IMG/VR virus record: IMGVR_UViG_3300032116_000145
Location: 5,508 to 69,507 of that record
DNA from: a virus
Direction: 5' to 3' (one strand)
Length of the DNA: 64,000 nucleotides
Shown: positions 29,001 through 37,436 of the stretch, piece after piece
Layout of the letters: each line of letters opens with the position of its first letter
Numbering within the stretch: position 1 is the first letter of the stretch
Program-made: the position numbers and the translations under genes
The notes under the pieces: generated by a model
What the model saw: only the letters and a program-made list of their open reading frames with translations
What the model was told of the DNA's origin: nothing
Database searches by the model: none

Positions 29001-29093
29001 AATAATCCTCAGGAGTACCTAAGAGACAAAATAGAATCTAAGGTAGAAGGGTTAAAGAATAGGATAGAGTCAGAGAGATTAAGGAGAAAGTAA
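23064..29093 (+). CDS. Giant virion-packaged protein with N-terminal zincin-like (HExxH) metallopeptidase domain, 2009 aa
   Basis: AFYD...TIYI...DLIHESMHAYT...EEFVSE.VSNP.F; C-terminal QGNY...MSMKRWL region resembles crAss ejection proteins. Confidence 0.75.
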   Translation: MSCKATIKSPITGKTVMSTTYYQLTNVFDKEKAVDIYNSMYTPGFQDLLGFDWTTNKEYREELNLNGEPKIEYLNEILGLELSDYQIDAINSEEDALTQLDPMQEFPTYEEAVSVAANFNLNPRYKNISAEVVRTDKGFRVSVGLFKSTGPETKETLSRLNFGEVISQFFPSSNSTWDDVVSGLLTSDRLSDTQKTILTKLKELQEINPSVRLVIFDDTDSMDAGQVAFYDNNSRTIYIGKTVSESMDDSKLITDLIHESMHAYTIKALNEPVTDQEKAFKAEMEKVYNSYLKKFPNLVVNYGFFNVEEFVSEVVSNPHFRAALVSQQESLKEDKNFLRNMIEKITNFLKGLYTDLPNIEQIDSTINNYLDHLIETRDMPITQGEYDLRFKNEKYNPNGLTDLERFPELQKFVNFINKNTSSKMWGQITQSLKEIDSTLRSTGRLQERFSDINSTNAKDILANTIAYLNTALSTLTTVQNQLNLYKKNASEFEDFAIIKTFNYAKNLSGVIKEQINEFEKEFNAIFSLEDIADMQERATTQEALEMAIPDYAQVVQELMQTIEETRKLVDSIDSNYNNAVVAPIARELAASFGEEATVEGKKRVKEQLSALIAAKSKADANGKTALSKVLAKEIEDLRQLERFIPTAKNIEELLKNDKKYGRETSFLGMWINNAVQGKNPTVQIVKQFIDKATAEAQVNSGKFSKRAQDIFDRLRNLRGKLATEGMTYQTLYKGFTRVVEVLHKQPDDSLKKVKQAVLNTKLKEEEFQNDLKLLLEREEQAIKSGDQSAIDNTKAATNKFLEDYALRPYTDEYYKIQELLTEEAKEAREAILSEINFLSEDLNPDEITKDEIKRLLTEFNRLGSLYYSNGDEKPVGSKDRRVAESIIAWKKERNNQDVLTYDNVTKRKQWQIQKNEIDEEYNKILKRKNASDISLSMAGFAEQQDENLAEQNEKITKEFEEAKKVRDKWYEENTRTEISPEFYREQQAITDSINAILSRYPSLDAEDLTDAYKRLNNAILGFRDGDGTIQGNDVVNAGNLFQTVKDIEAEIEDIKKYAEARELSADDKSELGRLYKMLNALQGRKETQYYRDKVAEVQATIRTEVVQDQEFMDSLEEKAKTRRETYIAAQLMSTFTTVEEIKQTILEEEIDDRFRASQWYKDNHIVTEEVKMVNGDTVTTTKERPSYIWTQILPKDPRHIIEEAPSFQWSIPVIDEKFKNKDYRFTSEPRPRETSDGKYSNQEYYNLSSQERAILDEIISLHEDVQKELPKSQRIGYSIVNENKTAFETLSNVLRRPLDTFSGIYELFKLAFVPNIGSSQYEQLNDSEVETISGRKVQLIRSRYKSPLNTDQVSYNILGNIAKFGVYSSHFAAMQKIMPTVFSTRDALERNKTAESTLSTVDFEISKNFYGEEINSIGNKEFVKLLTRPANKFLSIGQRKALQFNAIASIKNFAVNLWNAGINANLAGVSRQEFIQGMWRGLKQSDKMFEVYRGGGSVSYYTDLLMHFNAMPQAQPGAKADTIHQTMLNRFVSSETAGFVIRGYLESISTIAVFESIMNQYNVQIEEGGKTRTIKLAEAYEQVDGKLQLKAGVKVENISRLEQQIRDRIFNYFTSTQGNYHKRGSAQYERYILARMVMSMKRWLATTFNNKYGSRRLQLNTGNIEKGFNREVGSYLRLLALGGSSMANETVTDQQKSRMRTAATNLVGMLAIQQALITTMGIIAKSLDPDDEETTSPFLAFIANLLQGMHDELTTFSPIGAANWAYKSFYQTPQKQPGESNTISRAKQLGWSVIGGTTKASYDALSPLFDGDTWSDPFGSFSYKYANGLPNSFSTPKALYGKPNLLAAFMVYTGAESGMSQFLQPEKKLYTVLKYNPRLDVTEERRIKLDPLGSYNQLSERVSEIKKELKSVDPSKRITDQEERVERFKEIASLENKMEIIGMQYPYVAAYYRNRKFGSSLGSREAARLNKEIERYQIQNNPQEYLRDKIESKVEGLKNRIESERLRRK

Positions 29094-29127
29094 CTCCTTA
29101 GTCTCTTATCTCTTGACTTATTTTTTT
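29074..29127 (+). terminator. Intrinsic terminator overlapping the end of the 2009-aa gene
   Basis: AGAGATTAAGGAG-AAAGTAA-CTCCTTAGTCTCT stem (one G-U pair) with a downstream T run. Confidence 0.55.
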
Positions 29128-29144
29128 AATAGTTTACTTTTGTA
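29112..29144 (+). promoter_or_regulatory. Bacteroidota primary-sigma promoter for the fibre operon
   Basis: CTTG-N19-TACTTTTGTA; near-identical in layout to the promoter at 40058. Confidence 0.7.
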
Positions 29145-29212
29145 CTACGGGCCTAAAAAGCCGAGTACTTAAGTACTGTAACGATAATTAAACTAAATTA
29201 AACTATATAATT

Positions 29213-29533
29213 ATGGAAAATAATGATTTGCTTAAAGAGCAAGCTAAACGTCTAAGACAAATCGCTTCTAACACAGAGGAGCCTGCTGACGTATCTAGAA
29301 CCCTTACCCTAACAGGTTCGCTTACAGATTTGCCAGCAGAGTGTTGCAAATTCGTAACACTTATGAATACCACAGGATCAAACTTAAGTTTTACAGTAAA
29401 TAATGCTACTTCAGGTGTATCTGGAGCAACTATCTTGTTGCCTACTAGTGCAGGAATTAGCATAGATACTTCTAATACTTCCAATGTAAAAGTAGCTGGT
29501 ACAGGTACTCTTTATTACATTGTATCTCAATAA
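29213..29533 (+). CDS. Small beta-rich virion protein (hypothetical)
   Basis: 106 aa, T/S/G-rich beta pattern; first gene of the fibre cluster; A-rich leader. Confidence 0.55.
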   Translation: MENNDLLKEQAKRLRQIASNTEEPADVSRTLTLTGSLTDLPAECCKFVTLMNTTGSNLSFTVNNATSGVSGATILLPTSAGISIDTSNTSNVKVAGTGTLYYIVSQ

Positions 29534-29589
29534 GAGATAAGCGAAGTATTTAGTCCAAAAACTTAAACTTAAATCTAAAATAAGATCCA

Positions 29590-31440
29590 ATGGCTCGCTT
29601 AGGGAAATTTTTCTATATTAACGGAACAGACAATCTATCTAATGCTCACTTTCTAAGAGTAAGAGCAGATGGAGGAATTACAGAATCTCTAGGATGCATA
29701 GATACTGCAGGTACTTTACTTGAGTCTGCATCTTATTTTATGAGACCAAGTGGATACAAAGAGGACACAGTATACTCGCTTATCCCTAACAACTCTAATG
29801 GATCTCTTAGCTTTACTAGAGCAAGTGATGCTTGGAGAACAGACATAGAAGGGTTGATTCAACGAGTTCCGTGGAATTTGTTATCATATTCGGAGCAGTT
29901 TACCAATTCTGCTTGGTCGAAGTCAAGCGCAACAATTACCGCAGACACTACGATTTCACCAAATGGTACTTTAACGGCTGATACAATTGCTTTTAGTACG
30001 GCTGGGTTTGTTGTGCAATCCTTTACGCATAATGGCTTAATGACGTTTTCGTTATATGCTAAATATATTGCAACACGTTGGGTGTGTGTAGAGAATTTTA
30101 ATTCAGTCGACAAGGCTGCGTGGTTTGATTTACAAAATGGCGTGGTTGGTTCAACCATAAATGGAGCAACAAGCACTATCACAAATGTAGGAGATGGGTG
30201 GTATCGTTGCACAGTCACAATGACTGCGGTTAATAGTTCTGCCAGTCAATACGCTTTTTTTACAGTTAGTGCGGATTCAAGTTTTACAAGAAGCGGAAGC
30301 GCATATTTTTGGGGCGCACAATTAGTCGAAGGCAGTTCAGCCCAAACCTATTTTCCCACAACCGATAGGTTGAATGTACCCCGTCTATCCTATATGTACG
30401 GCAGTTGTCCTGCGTTGTTGTTAGAGCCACAGAGGACGAATTTGGCGTTTCCAAGCGAAGATTTTTCAACTACTTGGTTAACAAATAACACAACCGTAAC
30501 TACAAATCAAACAACCGCACCCGATGGCAATACGACTGCCGATAGAATATCAATTACAAGTAATGGAGGATTTATTCGTAGGTTTAGTTTGACCGTATTA
30601 AATTCAACGACATACACTATTTCTGCGTTTGTAAAAAATGATACTATTACTTCGGGTAACACTTTTAGATTTTATTTTAACAATAATTTAGGTTCAACAA
30701 ACGCAGCGGAAGCAAGGGCGGTAATTGATATAAATGCGGGAACTGCTACGGCACAATCAACGGGTTCTGGTGTTAGTAACGTAAGTGCATCAATAACGAG
30801 TTTAACAAATAGTTGGTATCGTGTGCAGGTTACATTCACTCTTGGGGCAACCTCAGGGAATAATAGTGCTGAAATTGGATTTGATGCACCAACTGCAACT
30901 CGCACATTTTTTGCGTGGGGCGCACAACTCGAACTTGGCGCATACCCCACAACCTACATCCCAACAACCACCGCATCAGCCACCCGTATTGCGGATTCGT
31001 TCAGCCGCAATAACATATACACCAATGGTTTGATAACAAGCAGTGGGGGTACTTGGTTTGTGGAGTTGAGGAATAACATTGCGTATACGAGGGACAATTC
31101 TAATATTAATATTAATCTTGATGATTCAAGTGGATTCAGTAATGGATTTGCGTTGCGCAATTCCTTGGGTACTGGAAGATTGGCAATACAAAAAACTATT
31201 TCTTCCTCTTCAACATTATTGTACACAACCACAACGGACACTGTAAAAATTGCCATCAAATGGAACGGCAGTACTGCAGATGTATTTGTTAACGGAACAA
31301 AGCAAGTTAGTGCGACCGCATTTAGCACAACGCAGTTACAAAATTTACTAACAAGTATGCAAGTCCCCGTATTCATCCAACAAATGGCACTCTTTAACTA
31401 CCCATTAAGCGATAGTGATTGTCAGTTACTAACCACATAA
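29590..31440 (+). CDS. Fibre/spike protein paralogue 1 (two CBM-like beta-sandwich modules plus LamG-like C-terminus)
   Basis: FTRAS, NLL.YSE.F, G.GWYRC, WGAQL.EG, LLLEPQRTN and T.YIPTT motifs. Confidence 0.7.
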   Translation: MARLGKFFYINGTDNLSNAHFLRVRADGGITESLGCIDTAGTLLESASYFMRPSGYKEDTVYSLIPNNSNGSLSFTRASDAWRTDIEGLIQRVPWNLLSYSEQFTNSAWSKSSATITADTTISPNGTLTADTIAFSTAGFVVQSFTHNGLMTFSLYAKYIATRWVCVENFNSVDKAAWFDLQNGVVGSTINGATSTITNVGDGWYRCTVTMTAVNSSASQYAFFTVSADSSFTRSGSAYFWGAQLVEGSSAQTYFPTTDRLNVPRLSYMYGSCPALLLEPQRTNLAFPSEDFSTTWLTNNTTVTTNQTTAPDGNTTADRISITSNGGFIRRFSLTVLNSTTYTISAFVKNDTITSGNTFRFYFNNNLGSTNAAEARAVIDINAGTATAQSTGSGVSNVSASITSLTNSWYRVQVTFTLGATSGNNSAEIGFDAPTATRTFFAWGAQLELGAYPTTYIPTTTASATRIADSFSRNNIYTNGLITSSGGTWFVELRNNIAYTRDNSNININLDDSSGFSNGFALRNSLGTGRLAIQKTISSSSTLLYTTTTDTVKIAIKWNGSTADVFVNGTKQVSATAFSTTQLQNLLTSMQVPVFIQQMALFNYPLSDSDCQLLTT

Positions 31441-31492
31441 ACATTAAATAAACTTAAATAAAATTAAATAACTTTTAAATAAAAATACGACT

Positions 31493-33604
31493 ATGTCATA
31501 CGGTAAAATATTTCCCTTAGGTGCTAGTGGAGGAATTGTAAACACTGGTGTTCTACAACTTCAAGGAGGAGTACCCTTAGATTCTATCCTAAGAATCATT
31601 ACAGACCAAGTAAACACTGCTACTCCATTAAGGGTGTCTACTACATCAGTTACTAACTATGGAGGAGGAGCTGTACTTACTAATACTGCTTTTGGTACAG
31701 ACTCTTTGCTAAGCAATACTTCTGGGGCTAGTAATGTCGCTTATGGTTATAGATCACTAAGAGCTAATACAAGCGGAACACAAAACGTGGCTGTTGGGGT
31801 TGATGCGTTGTTGAGTAATACAACTGCGAGTAATAACGTGGCTGTAGGGTATCAGGCAGCAAATAGCAATATTATAGGAACAGGCATCACAGCGATAGGG
31901 TATCAAGCACTTACCGCAAGTACAGGAGATAGAAACACAGCGATAGGTTTTCAGGCGTTAGTAGGTAATACTACAGGCGTTGGTAACACTTACGTAGGAT
32001 GGTCTTCTGGAACTGCTAATACTATAGGATCAAATAACGTAGCACTTGGTCAAAATTCTTTACGTCAGAATATTTCGGGCGGCTCAAATGTTAGTATCGG
32101 TTTTGCCTCTTTATTCAACAATACCGCCTCTAACAACACAGCCTTAGGTTTTGAAGCCGCTTTAACCAACACAAGTGGAACGGGTATTACTGCTATAGGT
32201 TATCAAGCGTTGAGGGTTTCAACGGGTAATAATAATACTGCTGTAGGTGATAGGGTTTTAACATCGAATACTACAGGTCAATTAAATACCGCCATTGGAC
32301 AAGTTTCTGCATTTACAAATACTACAGGGGGTTCAAATACAGCCATAGGTGCTTATGCAAACTATGCAAACTCTACAGGGGCATCAAATACTGCGGTAGG
32401 CGTTAATAGTTTAGTAAATAACGTAGCCTCCAACAACACAGCGGTAGGCTTTGATGCAGCACGTACAAACACCTCAGGCACAGACATTACGGCAATCGGT
32501 TATCAAGCGTTATATTCGAGTACGGGTAACTCAAATACCGCAGTTGGTCATACTGCACTTTACACAAATAATACAGGTAGTGAAAACGTTGCTTTGGGTA
32601 GACGTGCTTCTTTTTTCAATACTATAGGAAACTCAAACACCGCCATTGGTAACAACGCTTTGGATGCCAACACTACAGGTTCAAACAATACTGCTATAGG
32701 GCGTTTGGCTTTGACTACAAATTCAACAGGTGCTTCTAATACTGCCATAGGTCGTTCTGCATTAAATTTAAACACAGCATCCAACAACACAGCGGTAGGT
32801 GTTGATTCCGCTGCCGCCAACACCTCGGGTACAGGCATAACCGCAATCGGGTATCAGGCACTTACTGCGAGTACGGGTGTGAATAACACGGCGTTAGGGT
32901 TTCAGGCTGGTGCTGGTGTAACTACGGGTACGAATAATACTTTATTAGGTTATGTTGCAGGAAGTGCTATAACTACAGGCGTGTTAAATGTTATGATTGG
33001 TTCTGGTATTACTACGGCTTCTGGTTCATCAAATAGCGTAGGTATTGGTTCGGACATTACAAATACAGGAGGTAGTAATACCGTTATTGGATATATTGCA
33101 AGTACAGCAGGGTTTAGCAATTCAGTAATTTTAGGTCGTGCAGCAACTGCAACGGCAAATAATCAATTTGTAGTAGGTAGTGTTACCCATAACGCAGGTG
33201 CAGTAGCAGCTGAGACTAATACTACTATTTCTTCTTGGGCTGTTAAAATTAACGGAACAGATAGAAAGCTTCTTTTGTTAGATACTGCACAGAACGTAAT
33301 AGATGTTAAGCAAACTATCTCAGCGTCTACTGCTAGTACTACTGTTAGTTGGCCTAATGGTAACTTAGCGGATATTACGCTTACAGCTAACACTACCTTG
33401 ACTTTAAGTACTCCAGTAATAGGAACTTACATTGTAAAGTTAACTCAAGGAGGAGGAGGCGGATTCTTAACTGCATGGCCTGCAAACGTAAAATGGTCAG
33501 GAGGAGTTGCTCCAGTACTCACCACTACTGCAGGTAAGATAGATATCATTACTTTAGTATGGGATGGATCTTTCTACTACGCTTCTTACGCTCTTAATTT
33601 CTAA
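31493..33604 (+). CDS. Fibre protein with about 14-aa N-T-A-x-G repeats (beta-roll/YadA-head-like) and C-terminal beta domain
   Basis: Dozens of NTA(I/V)Gxx(A/S)LxxNTTG repeats; C-terminal WP.NVKWSGG.AP.LTT..G..DII. Confidence 0.7.
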   Translation: MSYGKIFPLGASGGIVNTGVLQLQGGVPLDSILRIITDQVNTATPLRVSTTSVTNYGGGAVLTNTAFGTDSLLSNTSGASNVAYGYRSLRANTSGTQNVAVGVDALLSNTTASNNVAVGYQAANSNIIGTGITAIGYQALTASTGDRNTAIGFQALVGNTTGVGNTYVGWSSGTANTIGSNNVALGQNSLRQNISGGSNVSIGFASLFNNTASNNTALGFEAALTNTSGTGITAIGYQALRVSTGNNNTAVGDRVLTSNTTGQLNTAIGQVSAFTNTTGGSNTAIGAYANYANSTGASNTAVGVNSLVNNVASNNTAVGFDAARTNTSGTDITAIGYQALYSSTGNSNTAVGHTALYTNNTGSENVALGRRASFFNTIGNSNTAIGNNALDANTTGSNNTAIGRLALTTNSTGASNTAIGRSALNLNTASNNTAVGVDSAAANTSGTGITAIGYQALTASTGVNNTALGFQAGAGVTTGTNNTLLGYVAGSAITTGVLNVMIGSGITTASGSSNSVGIGSDITNTGGSNTVIGYIASTAGFSNSVILGRAATATANNQFVVGSVTHNAGAVAAETNTTISSWAVKINGTDRKLLLLDTAQNVIDVKQTISASTASTTVSWPNGNLADITLTANTTLTLSTPVIGTYIVKLTQGGGGGFLTAWPANVKWSGGVAPVLTTTAGKIDIITLVWDGSFYYASYALNF

Positions 33605-33623
33605 TTTTTAATCGAATCAATTT

Positions 33624-35573
33624 ATGTTTAACGGACCAGTATTTAATAACGAAGTAGTACAAGCAAACTCTAGAGCAGTTAATAATGCAGGGTTTTCAGA
33701 GTCACTAGATGAAGCAAACTCCCTATATTCTCGCTTAACAGGTGCTTCTTTTGAATTAGTTCCTTCTTCTTACAAAGGAGGAGTTGTATACTCAGGTGTA
33801 CCTAATACTGGTAACGGAGACATAACTTGGACAAGAGGATCAGATGCTTGGCGTACTAACTCTAACGGATTGATTCAACGAGTTCCGTGGAATTTGGTTG
33901 GTTATTCGGAAGATTTTTCTAATTTATATTGGAGTAAAACAAATGTAACCGTAACTGCTGATAACACTACTGCTCCCAATGGGACAAATACAGCAGATTT
34001 AATATCATTTACAACATCTACAGGATATATAATAAAAACTTTGCCAATAGCCGCATCAACACAATATACCTTTAGTGTTTATCTTAAAAACAATACATTT
34101 GCAAGTGGGGAAACACTTTTCTTAAGAGTGTCTGACGGTGTGATTGCTCCTGCAATAGCACGAATAAACTTGGTTGCTAAGACTGCTACATACTTTACAA
34201 ATCCATTGGCTTGGACAAATATAAGTGGTCAAATTGAGCAATTACCAAATGATTGGATTCGTGTTTCTGTAACTGCTACATCATTAGGTGGTGGTAACGG
34301 GTGGATTGAGTTAGCTGGAGATGGATTTGCAAAAAGTTGTTTTGCTTGGGGCATTCAGTTAGTTACTGGTAGTTCAGCACTCCCATACTTTCCTACAACT
34401 GATCGTCTTAATGTACCAAGACTGTCATATATGTATGGAAGTGCACCTGCTTTACTTTTAGAACCACAGAGGACTAATTTAGACCCTAATTCTCAAACAT
34501 TTACTGGTTGGACATTAACTAATAGTGGAGGTACAACAGTAACTACTGTAAGTGCATCAAATCCCTATGGATTTTCTACAGTTGCAAAAATAATACCTGA
34601 CGCAACACTTGGACAACATCGACCTTTTTTAAGTGTAAACTATTCGGGTGCGGGTAGATTTTGGGTAATTGCAAAATCTGCGGGATATGATTATTTATCA
34701 CTTGGTGAAGCGGGTGGTGTTTCGGGTGGTGCAATTATTTTCAACTTGTCGAATGGTACAATTTCGGGAACTGCCGTTGGTTACACGGGTGAAATTTCTT
34801 CATTAGGAAATGGGTGGTACAAATGTTCCATTAATATGACCTTTACGGGAGCTTTGTCTCGTTTTATTGTTGTAAGAAATGCAAATTCAACCGCTGATTA
34901 TACAGGCGATGGAACAAGTGGCGTTTTAATTGCTCACAAGCAATGCGAAGTTGGTGCTTATGATACGACTTCAATTATTAGTTCTGGGGCTACAGTAACT
35001 CGCTTAGCAGACTCTTTCACTAGAGGTAATATTTATACTAACGGATTAATAACAGCAGCAGGAGGAACATGGTTTATTGAATTAAGGAATAACATCAGTT
35101 ATACAAGGGACTCTATTGGTGCTTTGTGGATAGGTGATAACTCAACTGCAGCATCATTAGGAAATTCATTAAATATAAGAAGTTCAGGAACAGGAATTTT
35201 ACCAATCAACAAATGTGTTGGAGGTACCTTAACTCAACTACATGTAACCACTACAAGCACAGTTAAGATTGCTATAAAATGGAATGGCACCACGGCTGAT
35301 GTATTTGTTAATGGAGTAAAAGTGACTAGTGCTACACCTTTTACTACTACAAATATGGAATTTTTGAATGGACAAGGTAGTGATGTACCTAAATTTGTTC
35401 AACAGATGGTTTTATTCCCTACACCATTATCAGACGATCAGTGTGTTGCGCTTACCTCTGACTTTACAGAAGGAGAATCAGTAATAGGAAGCTATGAAAG
35501 ATATGTAAACAGTAACGGAGGAGCAGTAGAGAACTTAAATACAATAACCAACTTAATACAAAACTTAAAGTAA
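33624..35573 (+). CDS. Fibre/spike protein paralogue 2
   Basis: Same block architecture as 29590-31440, including YFPTTDRLNVPRLSYMYGS.PALLLEPQRTN. Confidence 0.7.
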   Translation: MFNGPVFNNEVVQANSRAVNNAGFSESLDEANSLYSRLTGASFELVPSSYKGGVVYSGVPNTGNGDITWTRGSDAWRTNSNGLIQRVPWNLVGYSEDFSNLYWSKTNVTVTADNTTAPNGTNTADLISFTTSTGYIIKTLPIAASTQYTFSVYLKNNTFASGETLFLRVSDGVIAPAIARINLVAKTATYFTNPLAWTNISGQIEQLPNDWIRVSVTATSLGGGNGWIELAGDGFAKSCFAWGIQLVTGSSALPYFPTTDRLNVPRLSYMYGSAPALLLEPQRTNLDPNSQTFTGWTLTNSGGTTVTTVSASNPYGFSTVAKIIPDATLGQHRPFLSVNYSGAGRFWVIAKSAGYDYLSLGEAGGVSGGAIIFNLSNGTISGTAVGYTGEISSLGNGWYKCSINMTFTGALSRFIVVRNANSTADYTGDGTSGVLIAHKQCEVGAYDTTSIISSGATVTRLADSFTRGNIYTNGLITAAGGTWFIELRNNISYTRDSIGALWIGDNSTAASLGNSLNIRSSGTGILPINKCVGGTLTQLHVTTTSTVKIAIKWNGTTADVFVNGVKVTSATPFTTTNMEFLNGQGSDVPKFVQQMVLFPTPLSDDQCVALTSDFTEGESVIGSYERYVNSNGGAVENLNTITNLIQNLK

Positions 35574-35584
35574 ACTAAGCGAAC

Positions 35585-37411
35585 ATGAGCAAATTTTCTG
35601 ATTCAACATTCTACCTAGCTCCTTCAGGATATAGAGAGACTATATTATTTCCACAAAAACCCTTATCTTCTATAGGTCAACTCTCTGTTACAAGGGCATC
35701 TAGTGCTACTCGTACTAATCCAGCAGGACAAGTAGAGGAAGTTTGCTATAACTTGATTAGGTATAGTGAGGATTTTTCAAATAGTTTATGGGTAAAAATT
35801 GCAGCAAGTGTAACAACAGATTCAATCATCTCGCCTAATGGTACTTTAACTTCTGACAAATTAATTGCAACTGCTGTAAATACAGGTCACCTTATATACC
35901 AAACATATTCAGCCCAAACTCAAACATATACTTTTAGTACATATGCTAAAAAGGGCGAATACGATTATATGATAATGAGGCTTGATAACGACATTTCAAC
36001 AGTAAGAGTTTGGTTTAATTTATCCAATGGGACTATTGGAACATCACAAGGAGGCTTTCCAACAATCACAAATATCGGAAACGGATGGTACAGGTGTACT
36101 ATGACTTATTCATCCGCAAGTGTTCAAAATATATTTGCGGTATTGTATACTGCAAATGCAGACAATGTTCAAAATTTTTTAGGAGATGGCACAAGCGGAA
36201 TTTTTGTTTGGGGAGCACAACTAGTACAAGGTAACTTACCTAAAGATTATCTTTACACAAGTGACCGCTTAAACTTTCCTAGAGTAGATTACTCTGATGG
36301 ATCTGCTTCTTTCTTATTAGAGCCACAAAGAACTAATTTGTTATTGCAGTCAAATACATTTAACACAACTTGGGCAATGTTTGCAGGTCCTGCGGTGAAT
36401 GCAAATTCTGCAATATCTCCTGATGGAACTAATAATGCTTGGACATTAAACTCAAGTGGTGGAGGTAATGACTTTTTGTTTCAAAACATTACAGTAAATA
36501 TTGGAACTACATATACAACAACACTATATATAAAAAATATAAATTCAAATCAGAGTAGAATTTGGACATCCGATGGAGCAGGCCTTACGGTAGACTTGTA
36601 TTGGAATGGTTCAATTCTCACATCTATTCTAGGTACAAGCGGTACTTATAGTTTTACATCAGTTGGAAATGGTTGGTATAGAATTGTTGGTGTCTTTACC
36701 TCTACACAATCAACTTATATTTTTCGTATTTATTCAGACGCTTTAAACACATCTAAAAGCGTTTACATATATGGAGCACAAGTTGAAACTGGGGCTTATC
36801 CAACAACATATATCCCTACGACTACCACAACTGTTACTCGCTTAGCTGATACCTTTACAAGAAACAACATCTTTACTAATAACCTTATTAGTTCTAGTGG
36901 AGGTACGTGGTTTGTTGACTTGAAGGCAAACTTAAGTGTATTTAGAGATGCATTCAGTAATGGTTTGCAATTAGCCGACAACAATACATCGGGTGGAATT
37001 AGTGGTAACGGTTTTATTATGCGCAGAAATGATTTAAGTCAAGGTAGATTAAATATTCAAAAAGTAATTGCAGGAAATCCTACGGCACTGTTTCAGACTA
37101 CAACCGATACTGTTAAGGCTGTCATTAAGTGGAACGGAACAACTGCGGATGTGTTTATTAACGGTATAAAACAGGTTTCAGCAACCTCATTTACTACAAC
37201 AAACATGGAATTTCTTCTGGGTTATGCAACTGATGTTCCTAAATACATCACACAAATGGCTTTATGGAATACTCCCTTATCTGATTCTCAATGTATAGAA
37301 CTTACAGGAGTTGCTTACACTACACCTACTCAAGCCTATGGAAGTCTTAACCTAGTATCAGAGAGTCCTGATTGTCTTTACACATCTGTTAATACTATTA
37401 ATAGAATTTAA
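35585..37411 (+). CDS. Fibre/spike protein paralogue 3
   Basis: Same architecture: DRLNFPRVDY..LLEPQRTN, GWYRC, YPTTYIPTT, KWNGTTADVF. Confidence 0.7.
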   Translation: MSKFSDSTFYLAPSGYRETILFPQKPLSSIGQLSVTRASSATRTNPAGQVEEVCYNLIRYSEDFSNSLWVKIAASVTTDSIISPNGTLTSDKLIATAVNTGHLIYQTYSAQTQTYTFSTYAKKGEYDYMIMRLDNDISTVRVWFNLSNGTIGTSQGGFPTITNIGNGWYRCTMTYSSASVQNIFAVLYTANADNVQNFLGDGTSGIFVWGAQLVQGNLPKDYLYTSDRLNFPRVDYSDGSASFLLEPQRTNLLLQSNTFNTTWAMFAGPAVNANSAISPDGTNNAWTLNSSGGGNDFLFQNITVNIGTTYTTTLYIKNINSNQSRIWTSDGAGLTVDLYWNGSILTSILGTSGTYSFTSVGNGWYRIVGVFTSTQSTYIFRIYSDALNTSKSVYIYGAQVETGAYPTTYIPTTTTTVTRLADTFTRNNIFTNNLISSSGGTWFVDLKANLSVFRDAFSNGLQLADNNTSGGISGNGFIMRRNDLSQGRLNIQKVIAGNPTALFQTTTDTVKAVIKWNGTTADVFINGIKQVSATSFTTTNMEFLLGYATDVPKYITQMALWNTPLSDSQCIELTGVAYTTPTQAYGSLNLVSESPDCLYTSVNTINRI

Positions 37412-37436
37412 ATAAAATAAACTAAGCCAAAATACC

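Noticed and set aside
29203-29484. 93-aa minus-strand ORF
   Set aside because: Antisense to 29213-29533, which fits the operon direction, promoter and A-rich leader.
31780-32960. CRISPR-like array
   Set aside because: Repeats are degenerate, in-frame coding repeats of a fibre protein, with no constant repeat-spacer structure or cas genes.
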